Notes: a model not told the origin generated them from the sequence alone. DNA of 33,405 nt from Candidatus Hadarchaeota archaeon (GCA_964510375.1 CAZEBR010000005.1:5896-39300); one strand, 5' to 3'. Positions 24,398 through 33,030 are shown, numbered from the stretch's first letter. Program-made: numbers and translations.

Positions 24398-26737
24398 ATA
24401 ACTGAAGAAAAAAACGTAGCGTGGTTTGAAAATCTTTCTAAATCTGATGTGGAAATTGCAGGCGGAAAAGGTGCCAGTCTCGGAGAGATGATTAAAGCGG
24501 GCTTGCCCGTTCCTCCCGGATTCGCGGTCACGGCTCAAGCCTATAAAAAGTTCGTGGAGGAAGAGGGAATCATAGAGGAGATGAACGATTTGCTGAGCAA
24601 AGTCGATGTCGACGATTCGGCGTCCCTCAAGGAAACTGGTAAAAAGGTGAGACAGATGGTACTTGAGGCCGAGATACCCGAGGATGTTCGTGAAGATATT
24701 CTAAATGCGTATAAAGAACTTTCCGATCGATCGGGCGGTGAAGTTTCCGTGGCAGTCCGCTCGTCGGCGACGGCGGAGGACATGCCCGATGCTTCTTTTG
24801 CCGGTCAGCAGGATACTTATCTTAACGTTAAGGGAGGAGAGGAGCTGCTTGAATCGGTCCAGAAGTGTTGGGCTTCGTTGTTTACGGACCGAGCGATATT
24901 TTATAGGGAGAAAAATGACTATGCTCATGACCAAGTACTGATTTCAGTCCCTGTTCAAAAGATGGTGAATGCCGAGAAGGCCGGTGTACTGTTTACCTCT
25001 CACCCATCGACGGGTGATAAGGATAAGGTTGTCATTGAGGCCAACTGGGGACTTGGCGAGACCGTGGTTTCAGGTTCGGTGACTCCGGATACTTACGTCG
25101 TCGACAAGGAATCCGGCGAGATTTTGCAAGCTACAATCGGTTCTAAAGAGGTAATGATAGTACGAGATGCTGAGTCCGGCGGATCCGTAGAGAAGTCCAC
25201 CCCCTCAGAAAAGAGGGAGGCCCAGGTACTCGGGCCCGAAGAGGCCGAGAAACTGGCCGAGCTGGGAAGGAAAGTGGAAGATCACTACGAACGCCCTCAG
25301 GATGTCGAATGGGCGGAAGAAGACGATGAACTCTATCTGGTGCAGTCCAGACCTATAACGGTACTGTACGGCGAGGAGGAAGAAGAGGAAGGAGAGGAAG
25401 GAGAGGAAGTCGCTGAAGAAGAGGCCGAAGTTCTATTGAAAGGACTTGGAGCCAGTCCGGGTAGAGCCTCCGGAACCGTAAAGGTAATTCCGGACGCCGA
25501 CGAAATCGATCGCGTAAAGGAAGGAGACGTGCTCGTCGCTGAGATGACGGCACCAGACTGGGTCCCGGCCATGAGGCGCGCCGTTGCGATCATAGCTGAC
25601 GAAGGTGGCACTACCTGTCATGCGGCGATCGTCTCTCGGGAGCTTGGTACCCCGGCAGTCGTTGGAGCCGGCAACGCCACCGAGCTTTTGGAAGACGGAA
25701 TGGAAGTGACCGTGGACGGATCTTCCGGCATCGTTTACAAGGGTATAATCGAAGAGGAAGAAGAGGCCGGAGAAGAAGTCGAGGCTGCGAGAGTCACGGA
25801 ATCGATACCGCCGACCGCTACCGACGTGAAGGTCAACGTCAGCCTTCCGGACATGGCCGAAAAAGTAGCGGAGGAGACCAAGGCCGATGGAGTTGGACTT
25901 CTCAGGGCGGAGCACATGTTGCTAACGATAGGAAAGCATCCACGTAAGTTGCTTGAAGAAGGCGGCGAAGATCGAATGATAGATGAATTCTCGGATGGAA
26001 TTCGAACGGTTGCCGATGCATTTTCTCCGAAGGCGGTTTGGTACAGGACACTAGATCTGAAAACCGCCGAATTCAAGAACCTTGAAGGCGGCGAACAGGA
26101 ACCGGACGAACCAAACCCGATGATCGGTTGGCGGGGAGTCCGCAGATTCACCGATCCGAATTACCCGGAGGAACAGGAGGTCCACAAGGTGGAGCTAAAG
26201 GCCATTAAGAAAGTGGTAGACGAAGGGTACTCAAATCTGGGAGTAATGCTCCCAATGGCTCAGCATCCGAACGAACTTCAGAACTTCAAGCGAGTGGCGA
26301 GGGAAGTGGGTTTGGAACCACACGAGGATTTTGAAGTCGGTATTATGATAGAAGTGCCCGCCGCGGCTTTGATAATTGACGAATTTATCGAGGAAGGAAT
26401 CGACTTCGTAAGCTTCGGTACGAACGACCTGACTCAGTTTACGCTGGCGGTCGATAGGGACAACGAAAGGATAGCCCATCTCTATGATGAACGCCATCCG
26501 GCGGTGCAGAAGTTAATCAGAGACGTAATCCAGGAATGTAACGAAGCCGGAGTTAATACGAGCATCTGCGGACAGGCCGGGAGCTATCCCGATGTCGTGG
26601 AAAAACTCGTCGAGTACGGAATAAGTAGCGTTTCGGCTAATTCCGACGCCGTTCAAGAGGTCAGGAAAATGGTTAACAGAACCGAAAGAAAGATCATGCT
26701 CTCTCACGCTCGAGAAGACCACGAAAATTCCAAATGA
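24398..26737 (+). CDS. ppsA: Phosphoenolpyruvate synthase (pyruvate, water dikinase)
   Basis: AGGKGASLGEM, AVRSSATAED, SFAGQQDT, phospho-His motif GGTTCHAAIVSRELG, GVGLLRAE, SFGTNDLTQ, SICGQA. Extended 17 codons upstream of the track GTG to an ATA after AGGAGG; the product call is firm, the start codon is inferred. Confidence 0.95.
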   Translation: MTEEKNVAWFENLSKSDVEIAGGKGASLGEMIKAGLPVPPGFAVTAQAYKKFVEEEGIIEEMNDLLSKVDVDDSASLKETGKKVRQMVLEAEIPEDVREDILNAYKELSDRSGGEVSVAVRSSATAEDMPDASFAGQQDTYLNVKGGEELLESVQKCWASLFTDRAIFYREKNDYAHDQVLISVPVQKMVNAEKAGVLFTSHPSTGDKDKVVIEANWGLGETVVSGSVTPDTYVVDKESGEILQATIGSKEVMIVRDAESGGSVEKSTPSEKREAQVLGPEEAEKLAELGRKVEDHYERPQDVEWAEEDDELYLVQSRPITVLYGEEEEEEGEEGEEVAEEEAEVLLKGLGASPGRASGTVKVIPDADEIDRVKEGDVLVAEMTAPDWVPAMRRAVAIIADEGGTTCHAAIVSRELGTPAVVGAGNATELLEDGMEVTVDGSSGIVYKGIIEEEEEAGEEVEAARVTESIPPTATDVKVNVSLPDMAEKVAEETKADGVGLLRAEHMLLTIGKHPRKLLEEGGEDRMIDEFSDGIRTVADAFSPKAVWYRTLDLKTAEFKNLEGGEQEPDEPNPMIGWRGVRRFTDPNYPEEQEVHKVELKAIKKVVDEGYSNLGVMLPMAQHPNELQNFKRVAREVGLEPHEDFEVGIMIEVPAAALIIDEFIEEGIDFVSFGTNDLTQFTLAVDRDNERIAHLYDERHPAVQKLIRDVIQECNEAGVNTSICGQAGSYPDVVEKLVEYGISSVSANSDAVQEVRKMVNRTERKIMLSHAREDHENSK

Positions 26738-26783
26738 GAGAAAACTAGAAATAGTTTTCTCCGATTCTTTCTATTTCTTTTTA
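26738..26783 (+). terminator. Hairpin plus pyrimidine tract after ppsA
   Basis: GAGAAAACTA-GAAA-TAGTTTTCTC (perfect 10-bp stem, 26738-26761) directly after the stop, followed by TTCTTTCTATTTCTTTTT. Confidence 0.65.
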
Positions 26784-26812
26784 TGTAGAGTTTATTGAGG
26801 TAATATGGTAGT

Positions 26813-27805
26813 ATGTACAATCTAGAACGGGAGTCTATAAAGAAATTTATCGATGAGCACAATGCCGGTAGGATAGCCGTACAGTTACCTTCGGGCCTGC
26901 GTCCGAGAATAACCGAAATAAATGAGATATTTGATGAGAATTTGGACGTTTTCTTCCTCGCGGACAGCTGTTACGGGGCCTGTGATCTTTCGGACGATTT
27001 GGCGGCGGACATTGGCTGTGACGTGTTGATACATTTTGGCCATGCGGACATGGGGATTCCTACCTCGATTCCGACTTTGTATGTGGAGGCCAGATCGGAA
27101 GAAGACCCGTCCGAAGTTTTGGATCAGGCAGTTTCGAAGCTGAGAGGCTCGACGTGGGGTCTTACGGCTACCGTACAATACGTCCATAAGCTGGGGGATA
27201 TCAAGAAATTTCTGCGGGAAAAAGGAATAGATTTCGCCGTGGGTGAACCGGGTCCCCGTGCGGAATACCCGGGACAAATCCTTGGCTGTGATTGGGGGAG
27301 TGCAAAGTCGGTGGGCGATAGGGTGGACGGCTTCATTTACGTGGGCACGGGAAGGTTCCATCCTATAGGGATATTCTTGGCGACGGAAAAGCCCATTATC
27401 TCGGTCAATCCGGTCTCCGGCGTGTGCGAGGAATTCGAATTTTCCATGAGTGATTTTCTCAAAAAGAGAATGGCCGCAGTCGAGAGTGCGAGGTCGGGGC
27501 AAAAAATTGGTATATTTGTCAGCAAAAAGACCGGCCAGAAGAGGCTAGGTCTGGCCGAGGAACTGGCCGATAAGCTTCAGGATCAGGATTACGATTCATT
27601 TTTATTGCTGGGCGACGAGCTGGACTACGAGAATTTGAGGGACTATCGGTTAGATGCGCTTGTCAATACCGCCTGCCCCCGGATTTCATTTGACGATTTC
27701 GATCTTTTCGACGTTCCGATTTTAACTCCTTTTGAGGTCGGAGTGATGCTTGGAGAGGAGGAGTGGGAACCCTATCGGGTGGATGAGATAGGACAAAATT
27801 TCTGA
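26813..27805 (+). CDS. dph2: Diphthamide biosynthesis enzyme Dph2
   Basis: QLPSGL, three separated Fe-S Cys motifs (YGACD, QILGC, TACPR), HFGH, GRFH, GQKR, LTPFE. Confidence 0.95.
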   Translation: MYNLERESIKKFIDEHNAGRIAVQLPSGLRPRITEINEIFDENLDVFFLADSCYGACDLSDDLAADIGCDVLIHFGHADMGIPTSIPTLYVEARSEEDPSEVLDQAVSKLRGSTWGLTATVQYVHKLGDIKKFLREKGIDFAVGEPGPRAEYPGQILGCDWGSAKSVGDRVDGFIYVGTGRFHPIGIFLATEKPIISVNPVSGVCEEFEFSMSDFLKKRMAAVESARSGQKIGIFVSKKTGQKRLGLAEELADKLQDQDYDSFLLLGDELDYENLRDYRLDALVNTACPRISFDDFDLFDVPILTPFEVGVMLGEEEWEPYRVDEIGQNF

Positions 27806-27815
27806 GGGCGGTAAG

Positions 27816-28430
27816 ATCAGAAAAAAAGAGCTGGAGATAAAACTGCAGGAATTGGAATCGTTTCCCGACCCCGATCCGGAGTTGGAACAGTATATGACTC
27901 CTGGTGACGTGGCGGCTGCACTGCTTCATTTGGCGTACTCCCACCGCTCGATAAAGGAAAGGGAAGTCTACGATCTGGGCTGTGGGACTGGCCGTTTGGC
28001 CATAGGCGCGGCCCTGCTTGACGCAGAGAGCGTCGTGGGTGTGGATATCGACGGCGAAGCCCTCGGGGTAGCCGAGAAGAATGCAGAGAAGGTCGGAGTC
28101 GATGTCGAGTGGAAGGAATCCGACGTTCGGGATTTCGAGGGCCCAAAGCTCGACACGGTAATTCAGAATCCTCCCTTTGGGGTCCAGCGTAAGGGTGCGG
28201 ACATGGAGTTCCTGGAAAAGGCGCTTGAACTGGCTAATGAGGTGTATTCCATCCACAAAGGGGTGGAGAAAAACAAGAGCTTTATATCGAATCGGGTCAA
28301 AAAATTAGATGCAAAAGTAACACATAGAATTGAAAAGGAGTTTCACATTCCCGCTCAATTTGAATTTCACACACGTGAGGTATACAGATTCAAGGTATAC
28401 ATTTACAGAATAATCAAAGGAGGTAGATAA
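27816..28430 (+). CDS. METTL5-like (COG2263-type) SAM-dependent methyltransferase
   Basis: LEQYMTP, motif I DLGCGTG, catalytic NPPFG, YSIH, FHT. The family N-terminus RKKELEIKL lies upstream of the track TTG (27852); the ATC start at 27816 is inferred. Confidence 0.9.
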   Translation: MRKKELEIKLQELESFPDPDPELEQYMTPGDVAAALLHLAYSHRSIKEREVYDLGCGTGRLAIGAALLDAESVVGVDIDGEALGVAEKNAEKVGVDVEWKESDVRDFEGPKLDTVIQNPPFGVQRKGADMEFLEKALELANEVYSIHKGVEKNKSFISNRVKKLDAKVTHRIEKEFHIPAQFEFHTREVYRFKVYIYRIIKGGR

Positions 28431-28433
28431 ATT

Positions 28434-29015
28434 ATGAATGAAGGAGCTCAGACTGGAGATTTTGTAGTACCTGGTGATTTTCTATCGACCACGGAAGAAT
28501 TTCTCCCATCGGAAGGAGTCTACGAGGAGAATAACGGTATTTACTCCGCTGCGACGGGAATTGTCCTTATGGACGCCGATTCGAAGCAGATTTCAGTTCA
28601 TCCAAAAACGGATACTCCTCCGGTTTTAGAAGAGGGAGACATCGTTGTAGGTCGAATCAGTCAGATTAGAGGTCAGATAGCTAACGTCGACATCGCAGCC
28701 GTTAGAGGACACGAGGATCGAGAGGTACCGACTCCGGGTGATGCGATTATTCACATATCTAACATATCGTCGGATTACGTGGAAGAGATTGAAGACGAGT
28801 TCAAGCCCGCTGACATCGTCAGGGCAAGAGTCATCGGCATAGGTGAGGAATCCGTTAAACTGACGACGGTGGACGAAAGTCTCGGAGTCATAGTTGCGCT
28901 CTGTTCCGATTGTCGTTCGCTTCTAGAGAAGAAAGATTCGGGTCTCAAGTGTCCTAACTGCGGAAATTCCGAGGGACGAAAGATAACCAACGACTATCGA
29001 GAAGGTATATTGTAG
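28434..29015 (+). CDS. csl4: Exosome RNA-binding subunit Csl4
   Basis: VVPGDFL..EEF.P..GVYE, S1 domain (GDIVVGRI, DIVRARV), C-terminal Zn ribbon CSDC...CPNC..E.RK. Confidence 0.95.
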   Translation: MNEGAQTGDFVVPGDFLSTTEEFLPSEGVYEENNGIYSAATGIVLMDADSKQISVHPKTDTPPVLEEGDIVVGRISQIRGQIANVDIAAVRGHEDREVPTPGDAIIHISNISSDYVEEIEDEFKPADIVRARVIGIGEESVKLTTVDESLGVIVALCSDCRSLLEKKDSGLKCPNCGNSEGRKITNDYREGIL

Positions 29016-29018
29016 AAA

Positions 29019-29228
29019 ATGTCTGAAAACAAAAGAGCGATGCAGTTTCCAATCGAAGATACCGAACAACTTATAGCCCTGATCGAAGGCCTTACCGAGA
29101 TAAATATAGATATGGATGTAGAGTCAACGCCTTCTTCCATAGAAATTATCCTATATGGGTCAGAAGGCAAAGTGAACGAGGCCGAAGACAAGATCCGCAA
29201 TTTAGTCGAGGATTCTAAGACGCCATAA
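29019..29228 (+). CDS. Small acidic hypothetical protein, resembles the N-terminal domain of archaeal DUF2067 proteins
   Basis: 69 aa, ATG 3 nt after the csl4 stop, host-like acidic composition. IEIILYGSEGKVNEAEDKIR pattern and position between csl4 and rpoL. Family call is from recollection. Confidence 0.6.
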   Translation: MSENKRAMQFPIEDTEQLIALIEGLTEINIDMDVESTPSSIEIILYGSEGKVNEAEDKIRNLVEDSKTP

Positions 29229-29242
29229 GTTTCCTAGACGTA

Positions 29243-29257
29243 TTTTTGTTCTTTTTT
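29243..29257 (+). terminator. T-rich terminator after the dph2-csl4 unit
   Basis: TTTTTGTTCTTTTTT 14 nt after the stop; a BRE/TATA-like GAAAAGGTCTATAAG for rpoL follows at 29300-29314. Confidence 0.5.
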
Positions 29258-29348
29258 AAAATCGTACCGTATCCAGATCGTGGAATAGAATTGGTTGAGG
29301 AAAAGGTCTATAAGAGGGTAAAAACCCTTTCCTCTGTGTGGTGTAAAA

Positions 29349-29630
29349 ATGGAAGTCGATTTGATGGAAAAGGAAGGCACGAAAATGAAGATCAAGATTA
29401 TTGGAGAGGGCCATACTTTCTGTAATGCTCTCCGAAAGAAGCTCCACGAAGATGACAGGGTAGAAACCGCCGCTTATAATATAGATCATCCTTTGATTGC
29501 GGAGCCGGTAATGCACGTGAAGGTTGAAAAGAATAAATCTCCGAAGAGCGCTTTGGTGCGAGCGGCTAATTCTCTGTCCGAGGACTACGCGGAAGTTGGA
29601 GAAAAATTAGAAAAGGCTTTGGAGAATTGA
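29349..29630 (+). CDS. rpoL: RNA polymerase subunit L (Rpo11)
   Basis: GEGHTFCNALR...AAYNIDHPL motif; 93 aa. Confidence 0.96.
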   Translation: MEVDLMEKEGTKMKIKIIGEGHTFCNALRKKLHEDDRVETAAYNIDHPLIAEPVMHVKVEKNKSPKSALVRAANSLSEDYAEVGEKLEKALEN

Positions 29631-30046
29631 TGCCGAGAAACTTTTTCGAATATTCCGAACCTAGGGAAGCTTTTCTCGATAAAAATTTAGCAAAGCTAGG
29701 TGACGCTCTAGTCAATCTGATCTATTCACTAGCCATGTCCGAGGCAAAGATGGAGCCGGACGGGGCAAAGGCCCCCAACGAGGTTCTTTCCAACGCCCTG
29801 TCCGAGGCAGATTTCAGGCACTTGGCGCCTTCGAGGGCCGATAGTCACCAGTTAGCCGACGTGGTGGAGGCGATAGTGGCGTATGCTTGGCTCAAAGACG
29901 AGATAGGTTTGGAAGAATCCGTCAAAATTCTGTCCGATCCGCTTTCCGATTCAAATCTCGAAAGAAGGAGAGACGTTTTTAAAGGGGCGGAAGAAGGTTT
30001 CAAAAACTTGTTGATAGAAATATCTAAAAGGATCTCTCTTGAATAA
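29630..30046 (+). CDS. Archaeal stand-alone RNase III-like domain protein
   Basis: DKNLAKLGDALVNLIYSLA and LADVVEAIVAYAWL match the RNase III-fold GD and DxxE motifs; no dsRBD; TGATG coupling to rpoL. Confidence 0.8.
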   Translation: MPRNFFEYSEPREAFLDKNLAKLGDALVNLIYSLAMSEAKMEPDGAKAPNEVLSNALSEADFRHLAPSRADSHQLADVVEAIVAYAWLKDEIGLEESVKILSDPLSDSNLERRRDVFKGAEEGFKNLLIEISKRISLE

Positions 30047-30650
30047 AGTCGAGTTTCGAGAAATAAAGCCCGAGATTAGGATTATTGGGATAGATGACGG
30101 GTCATTCGATTCACGGACTGATGACAATACGTGTCTGGTCGGGGTCGTTACTAGGGGTGGTGAGGGATTAGATGGAGTTCTTGTGGACGAAATCGAAATC
30201 GATGGTGAAGATTCCACCTCCACCATCGTTGACATGGTTAACGGAAGCAGACACAAAGAACAGCTCAGGATTATAATGACTAGCGGTATCACGTTTGGTG
30301 GCTTTAATGTTCTGGATATAAATGACCTGTTTGAGAAGACGGGCCTGCCGGTAATAGTCGTGGTGAGGGAAGAGCCCGACTTGGAATCCGTTAAGAGTGC
30401 GGTAAAGAACCTGCCCGACTGGAAAAGTCGATGGGATAGGCTCAGCTCCGCCGGTGAACTAGTCCCGGTGAAGATTGAGGATAGGGGAAATGGAAATAAG
30501 ATTTTTATCCAGTTCAGGGGAATAGAGGAGGAGGACGCCAAGAAGGTAATTAAAATGGCTTCCACTAGGAGCTCTATCCCGGAGCCGCTCAGGCTTGCGC
30601 ATCTGATTGCCACGGGTATTAGCCGTGGGGAGAGCGTCGGACGTGTATAA
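30039..30650 (+). CDS. DUF99/UPF0215 endonuclease V-like protein
   Basis: IKPEIRIIGIDDG, DGEDST, GITFGGFNV, IPEPLRLAHLIA. Confidence 0.9.
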   Translation: MNKVEFREIKPEIRIIGIDDGSFDSRTDDNTCLVGVVTRGGEGLDGVLVDEIEIDGEDSTSTIVDMVNGSRHKEQLRIIMTSGITFGGFNVLDINDLFEKTGLPVIVVVREEPDLESVKSAVKNLPDWKSRWDRLSSAGELVPVKIEDRGNGNKIFIQFRGIEEEDAKKVIKMASTRSSIPEPLRLAHLIATGISRGESVGRV

Positions 30651-30651
30651 T

Positions 30652-31140
30652 ATGAAAAGTTATTCGGAGGACGTTCTGGGCGGGAAAGAACTATTTGCCG
30701 AGGTAATTTCCCTTCTCCTTGTTGTAGGGATTTTATATTTCGGTATAAAAGGTGCATTGGTGCTTTCTCTACAGACGACTTCCCCCATGATGGGGGTTTC
30801 CGGAGACAGTATGACACAGCCCGACAATTCTTGGAACGAATACTATGTCAACAACGGGTTGGATACTTCTGCCTTCCCGTTCAATAACGGTTTGCAAAAC
30901 GGGGACTTGGTGATACTAACCGGGGTCGATTCCTTAGATGAGATTCAGATCGGAGACGTCGTAGTCTGGCGTGAGGGAGGAGCCTCTATTATACACAGAG
31001 TTGCCGTCATAAACCCCGAGCAGGGATATGTTCGGACTAGAAGCGATAAATACGGCGGGTTAGACAGACGTGTACGGGTCGAGGATATCTTGGGTAAGGC
31101 TGTTTATTCGGTTCCGTATTTGGGCTACTTGGCTATCTAG
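30652..31140 (+). CDS. Signal peptidase I-like protein (S26, Sec11 type)
   Basis: N-terminal TM helix, catalytic Ser (VSGDSM), GDVVV, His (IIHRV), GK...VPYLGY. Start moved to ATG 30652, just after the DUF99 stop. Confidence 0.8.
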   Translation: MKSYSEDVLGGKELFAEVISLLLVVGILYFGIKGALVLSLQTTSPMMGVSGDSMTQPDNSWNEYYVNNGLDTSAFPFNNGLQNGDLVILTGVDSLDEIQIGDVVVWREGGASIIHRVAVINPEQGYVRTRSDKYGGLDRRVRVEDILGKAVYSVPYLGYLAI

Positions 31141-31151
31141 GAGGGATTGAA

Positions 31152-31553
31152 TTGGGAGAGTACGAGAATCCGGCCTTGACTGTGGACATAATTATACAGG
31201 TAGATGGTGGGGTGGTGCTGGTCGAGCGGAAAAACGATCCTTTCAGGGGGTGCTGGGCTCTTCCCGGCGGTTTCGTGGAGTATGGAGAAACGGTCGAGGA
31301 GGCGGCCCGGAGGGAGGCCGAGGAGGAGACCGGTTTGAAGGTGTCCTTGAGAGAGCTGGTCGGTGTTTATTCGGACCCGGATCGAGACCCTAGAGGGCAT
31401 ACGGTCTCGGTCTGTTTTCTCGCGGATAAGGCGGGAGGTGAGCTTCGTCCGGCGACGGATGCGGCGGACGTAAAAGTTTTCAAGGAAGTCCCATCGAGTA
31501 ATCTTGCGTTTGACCATGAAAAAATATTGAAAGAAGCTGGAGTTGGTAAATGA
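31152..31553 (+). CDS. Nudix hydrolase (ADP-ribose pyrophosphatase/NudF-like)
   Basis: Nudix box GGFVEYGETVEEAARREAEEETGL, RDPRGH, LAFDH. Confidence 0.93.
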   Translation: MGEYENPALTVDIIIQVDGGVVLVERKNDPFRGCWALPGGFVEYGETVEEAARREAEEETGLKVSLRELVGVYSDPDRDPRGHTVSVCFLADKAGGELRPATDAADVKVFKEVPSSNLAFDHEKILKEAGVGK

Positions 31554-31885
31554 TGGATTTTTGTCCAAAGTGTGGAAATTTAATGAATCCGAAGAAAAAG
31601 GATGGAGAAGTCGTTCTGGCCTGTCCTAACTGCGGTCATGAGGAGAAGAAGGAGGAAGAGGATTCAGACTCCGATTCTTACAAGGTCGTCAGGGAGGGTG
31701 AAAAGAAGGAAGAAACAGCGGTAATCGAAAAAGATTCGGAGAGCCTTCCGAAGACCCAGAAGAAGTGTCCCGAGTGCGGGAACGGCGAGGCCTACTGGTG
31801 GATGCAGCAGACTCGTAGTGCGGACGAACCTTCGACCAGGTTCTACAGGTGCGTCGAGTGCGGACATACCTGGAGAGAATATTAG
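31550..31885 (+). CDS. tfs: Transcription cleavage factor TFS
   Basis: Two Zn ribbons; QTRSADEP with the catalytic Asp-Glu pair; C-terminal WREY. Confidence 0.95.
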   Translation: MMDFCPKCGNLMNPKKKDGEVVLACPNCGHEEKKEEEDSDSDSYKVVREGEKKEETAVIEKDSESLPKTQKKCPECGNGEAYWWMQQTRSADEPSTRFYRCVECGHTWREY

Positions 31886-31900
31886 AGAGGGGCAGTTCGA

Positions 31901-32251
31901 ATGAGTGGATTTACACCCGATTCCGTCCCTTCTGCCAAGCCTAGAAGGATTTCTGAGATAGAGCCCTCGGACGAGCAGGTTCAGGTCGTGGGACACATCG
32001 TCGACAAGGATGAGTCGAGCCTCGTTCTGGACGATGGCTCGGGGAAGCTGAACGTACTCTTCGAGGACCCCAGTCTAATCGAGGACACCGAGGTGGGCAT
32101 GAAAGTCCGCGTCTTTGGAACGCCGTTAAAGATTGAGGATACTCAGGAGATTCATGCGGAAATAATTCAGGACCTGGAGGAGTTGGACTTGGACCTTTAC
32201 CAGAAGGTCATGGACAGGGTCGGAAAATTTGAAAAGGAGCTCCGACAATAA
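31901..32251 (+). CDS. Single OB-fold protein (RPA small-subunit-like)
   Basis: ISEI...VQVVGHIV...LDDGSG...VRVFG...AEIIQ...LD.DLY; sits between tfs and pcn. Confidence 0.8.
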   Translation: MSGFTPDSVPSAKPRRISEIEPSDEQVQVVGHIVDKDESSLVLDDGSGKLNVLFEDPSLIEDTEVGMKVRVFGTPLKIEDTQEIHAEIIQDLEELDLDLYQKVMDRVGKFEKELRQ

Positions 32252-32268
32252 GCAGTTGAGGGATTTGA

Positions 32269-33021
32269 TTGAGGCTGAAGATGGACAATTCGGAAGTGTG
32301 GAAGGACAGTATCGGCGCCATTTCTAACTTGATTGATGAGGTAAATTTTGAGTTTAAAGAGGATGGGATCGAAATGAAGGCCATGGATCCTTCTCACGTA
32401 GCTTTGGCGGATTTTCAACTATCCTCCGATGCCTTTGACGTGTACGAAATTGAAGAACCTCTGAAGCTCGGGGTGGATCTCGCCGAGATGGACAAGATAA
32501 TGTCTAGGGCCAAGAAGAGCGACGAGTTCATATTGGAATTCAACGAGGACGAAAACAGGCTTAAACTGGAGTTCAGGGGGGCCTCCACCCGCAGATTTAG
32601 CCTCCCGATTCTTGAGATAGAGGAGGAAGAGCTTCCGGAGCCCGACTTGGATTTCACGGCCGAGGCGAAGGTTACTGCGGGGGCCATAAGCGGAGGCTTA
32701 AAGGACGCCGCCTTGGTCGGCGACAACGTGAGGTTTGAACTCTCCGAGGATAAGTTTGTAATGAAAATAGAGAGCGACACGGGAAGTGCCGAGATGGAGC
32801 TTTCAAAGGATAGCGACGGTCTGGAGGAATTAGAGGTTCGAGAGCCCTCCGAGGCCATGTACAATATAGGCTACCTAGAGGACATGTTCAAGGCCGCGAG
32901 TTCCAACGATTTGGTGGATGTGGATCACGGAGTCGATCTCCCCATACGGATTACATTTCAAATAGCGGAAGGAAAGGGACACCTAAAGTTTATTCTTGCG
33001 CCGAGAGTAGAGACTGAATAG
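32269..33021 (+). CDS. pcn: DNA sliding clamp PCNA
   Basis: LIDE..F, AMDPSHVAL, C-terminal LAPRVE; 250 aa; TTG start. Confidence 0.97.
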   Translation: MRLKMDNSEVWKDSIGAISNLIDEVNFEFKEDGIEMKAMDPSHVALADFQLSSDAFDVYEIEEPLKLGVDLAEMDKIMSRAKKSDEFILEFNEDENRLKLEFRGASTRRFSLPILEIEEEELPEPDLDFTAEAKVTAGAISGGLKDAALVGDNVRFELSEDKFVMKIESDTGSAEMELSKDSDGLEELEVREPSEAMYNIGYLEDMFKAASSNDLVDVDHGVDLPIRITFQIAEGKGHLKFILAPRVETE

Positions 33022-33030
33022 GCGGTGTCG

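Noticed and set aside
29951..30817. 288-aa minus-strand ORF and similar long antisense ORFs (26885-27502, 27663-28256, 31137-31568, 33070-33351)
   Set aside because: They lie opposite well-supported genes and have the Ser/Phe/Leu-rich composition expected from the reverse complement of Glu/Lys-rich coding sequence.
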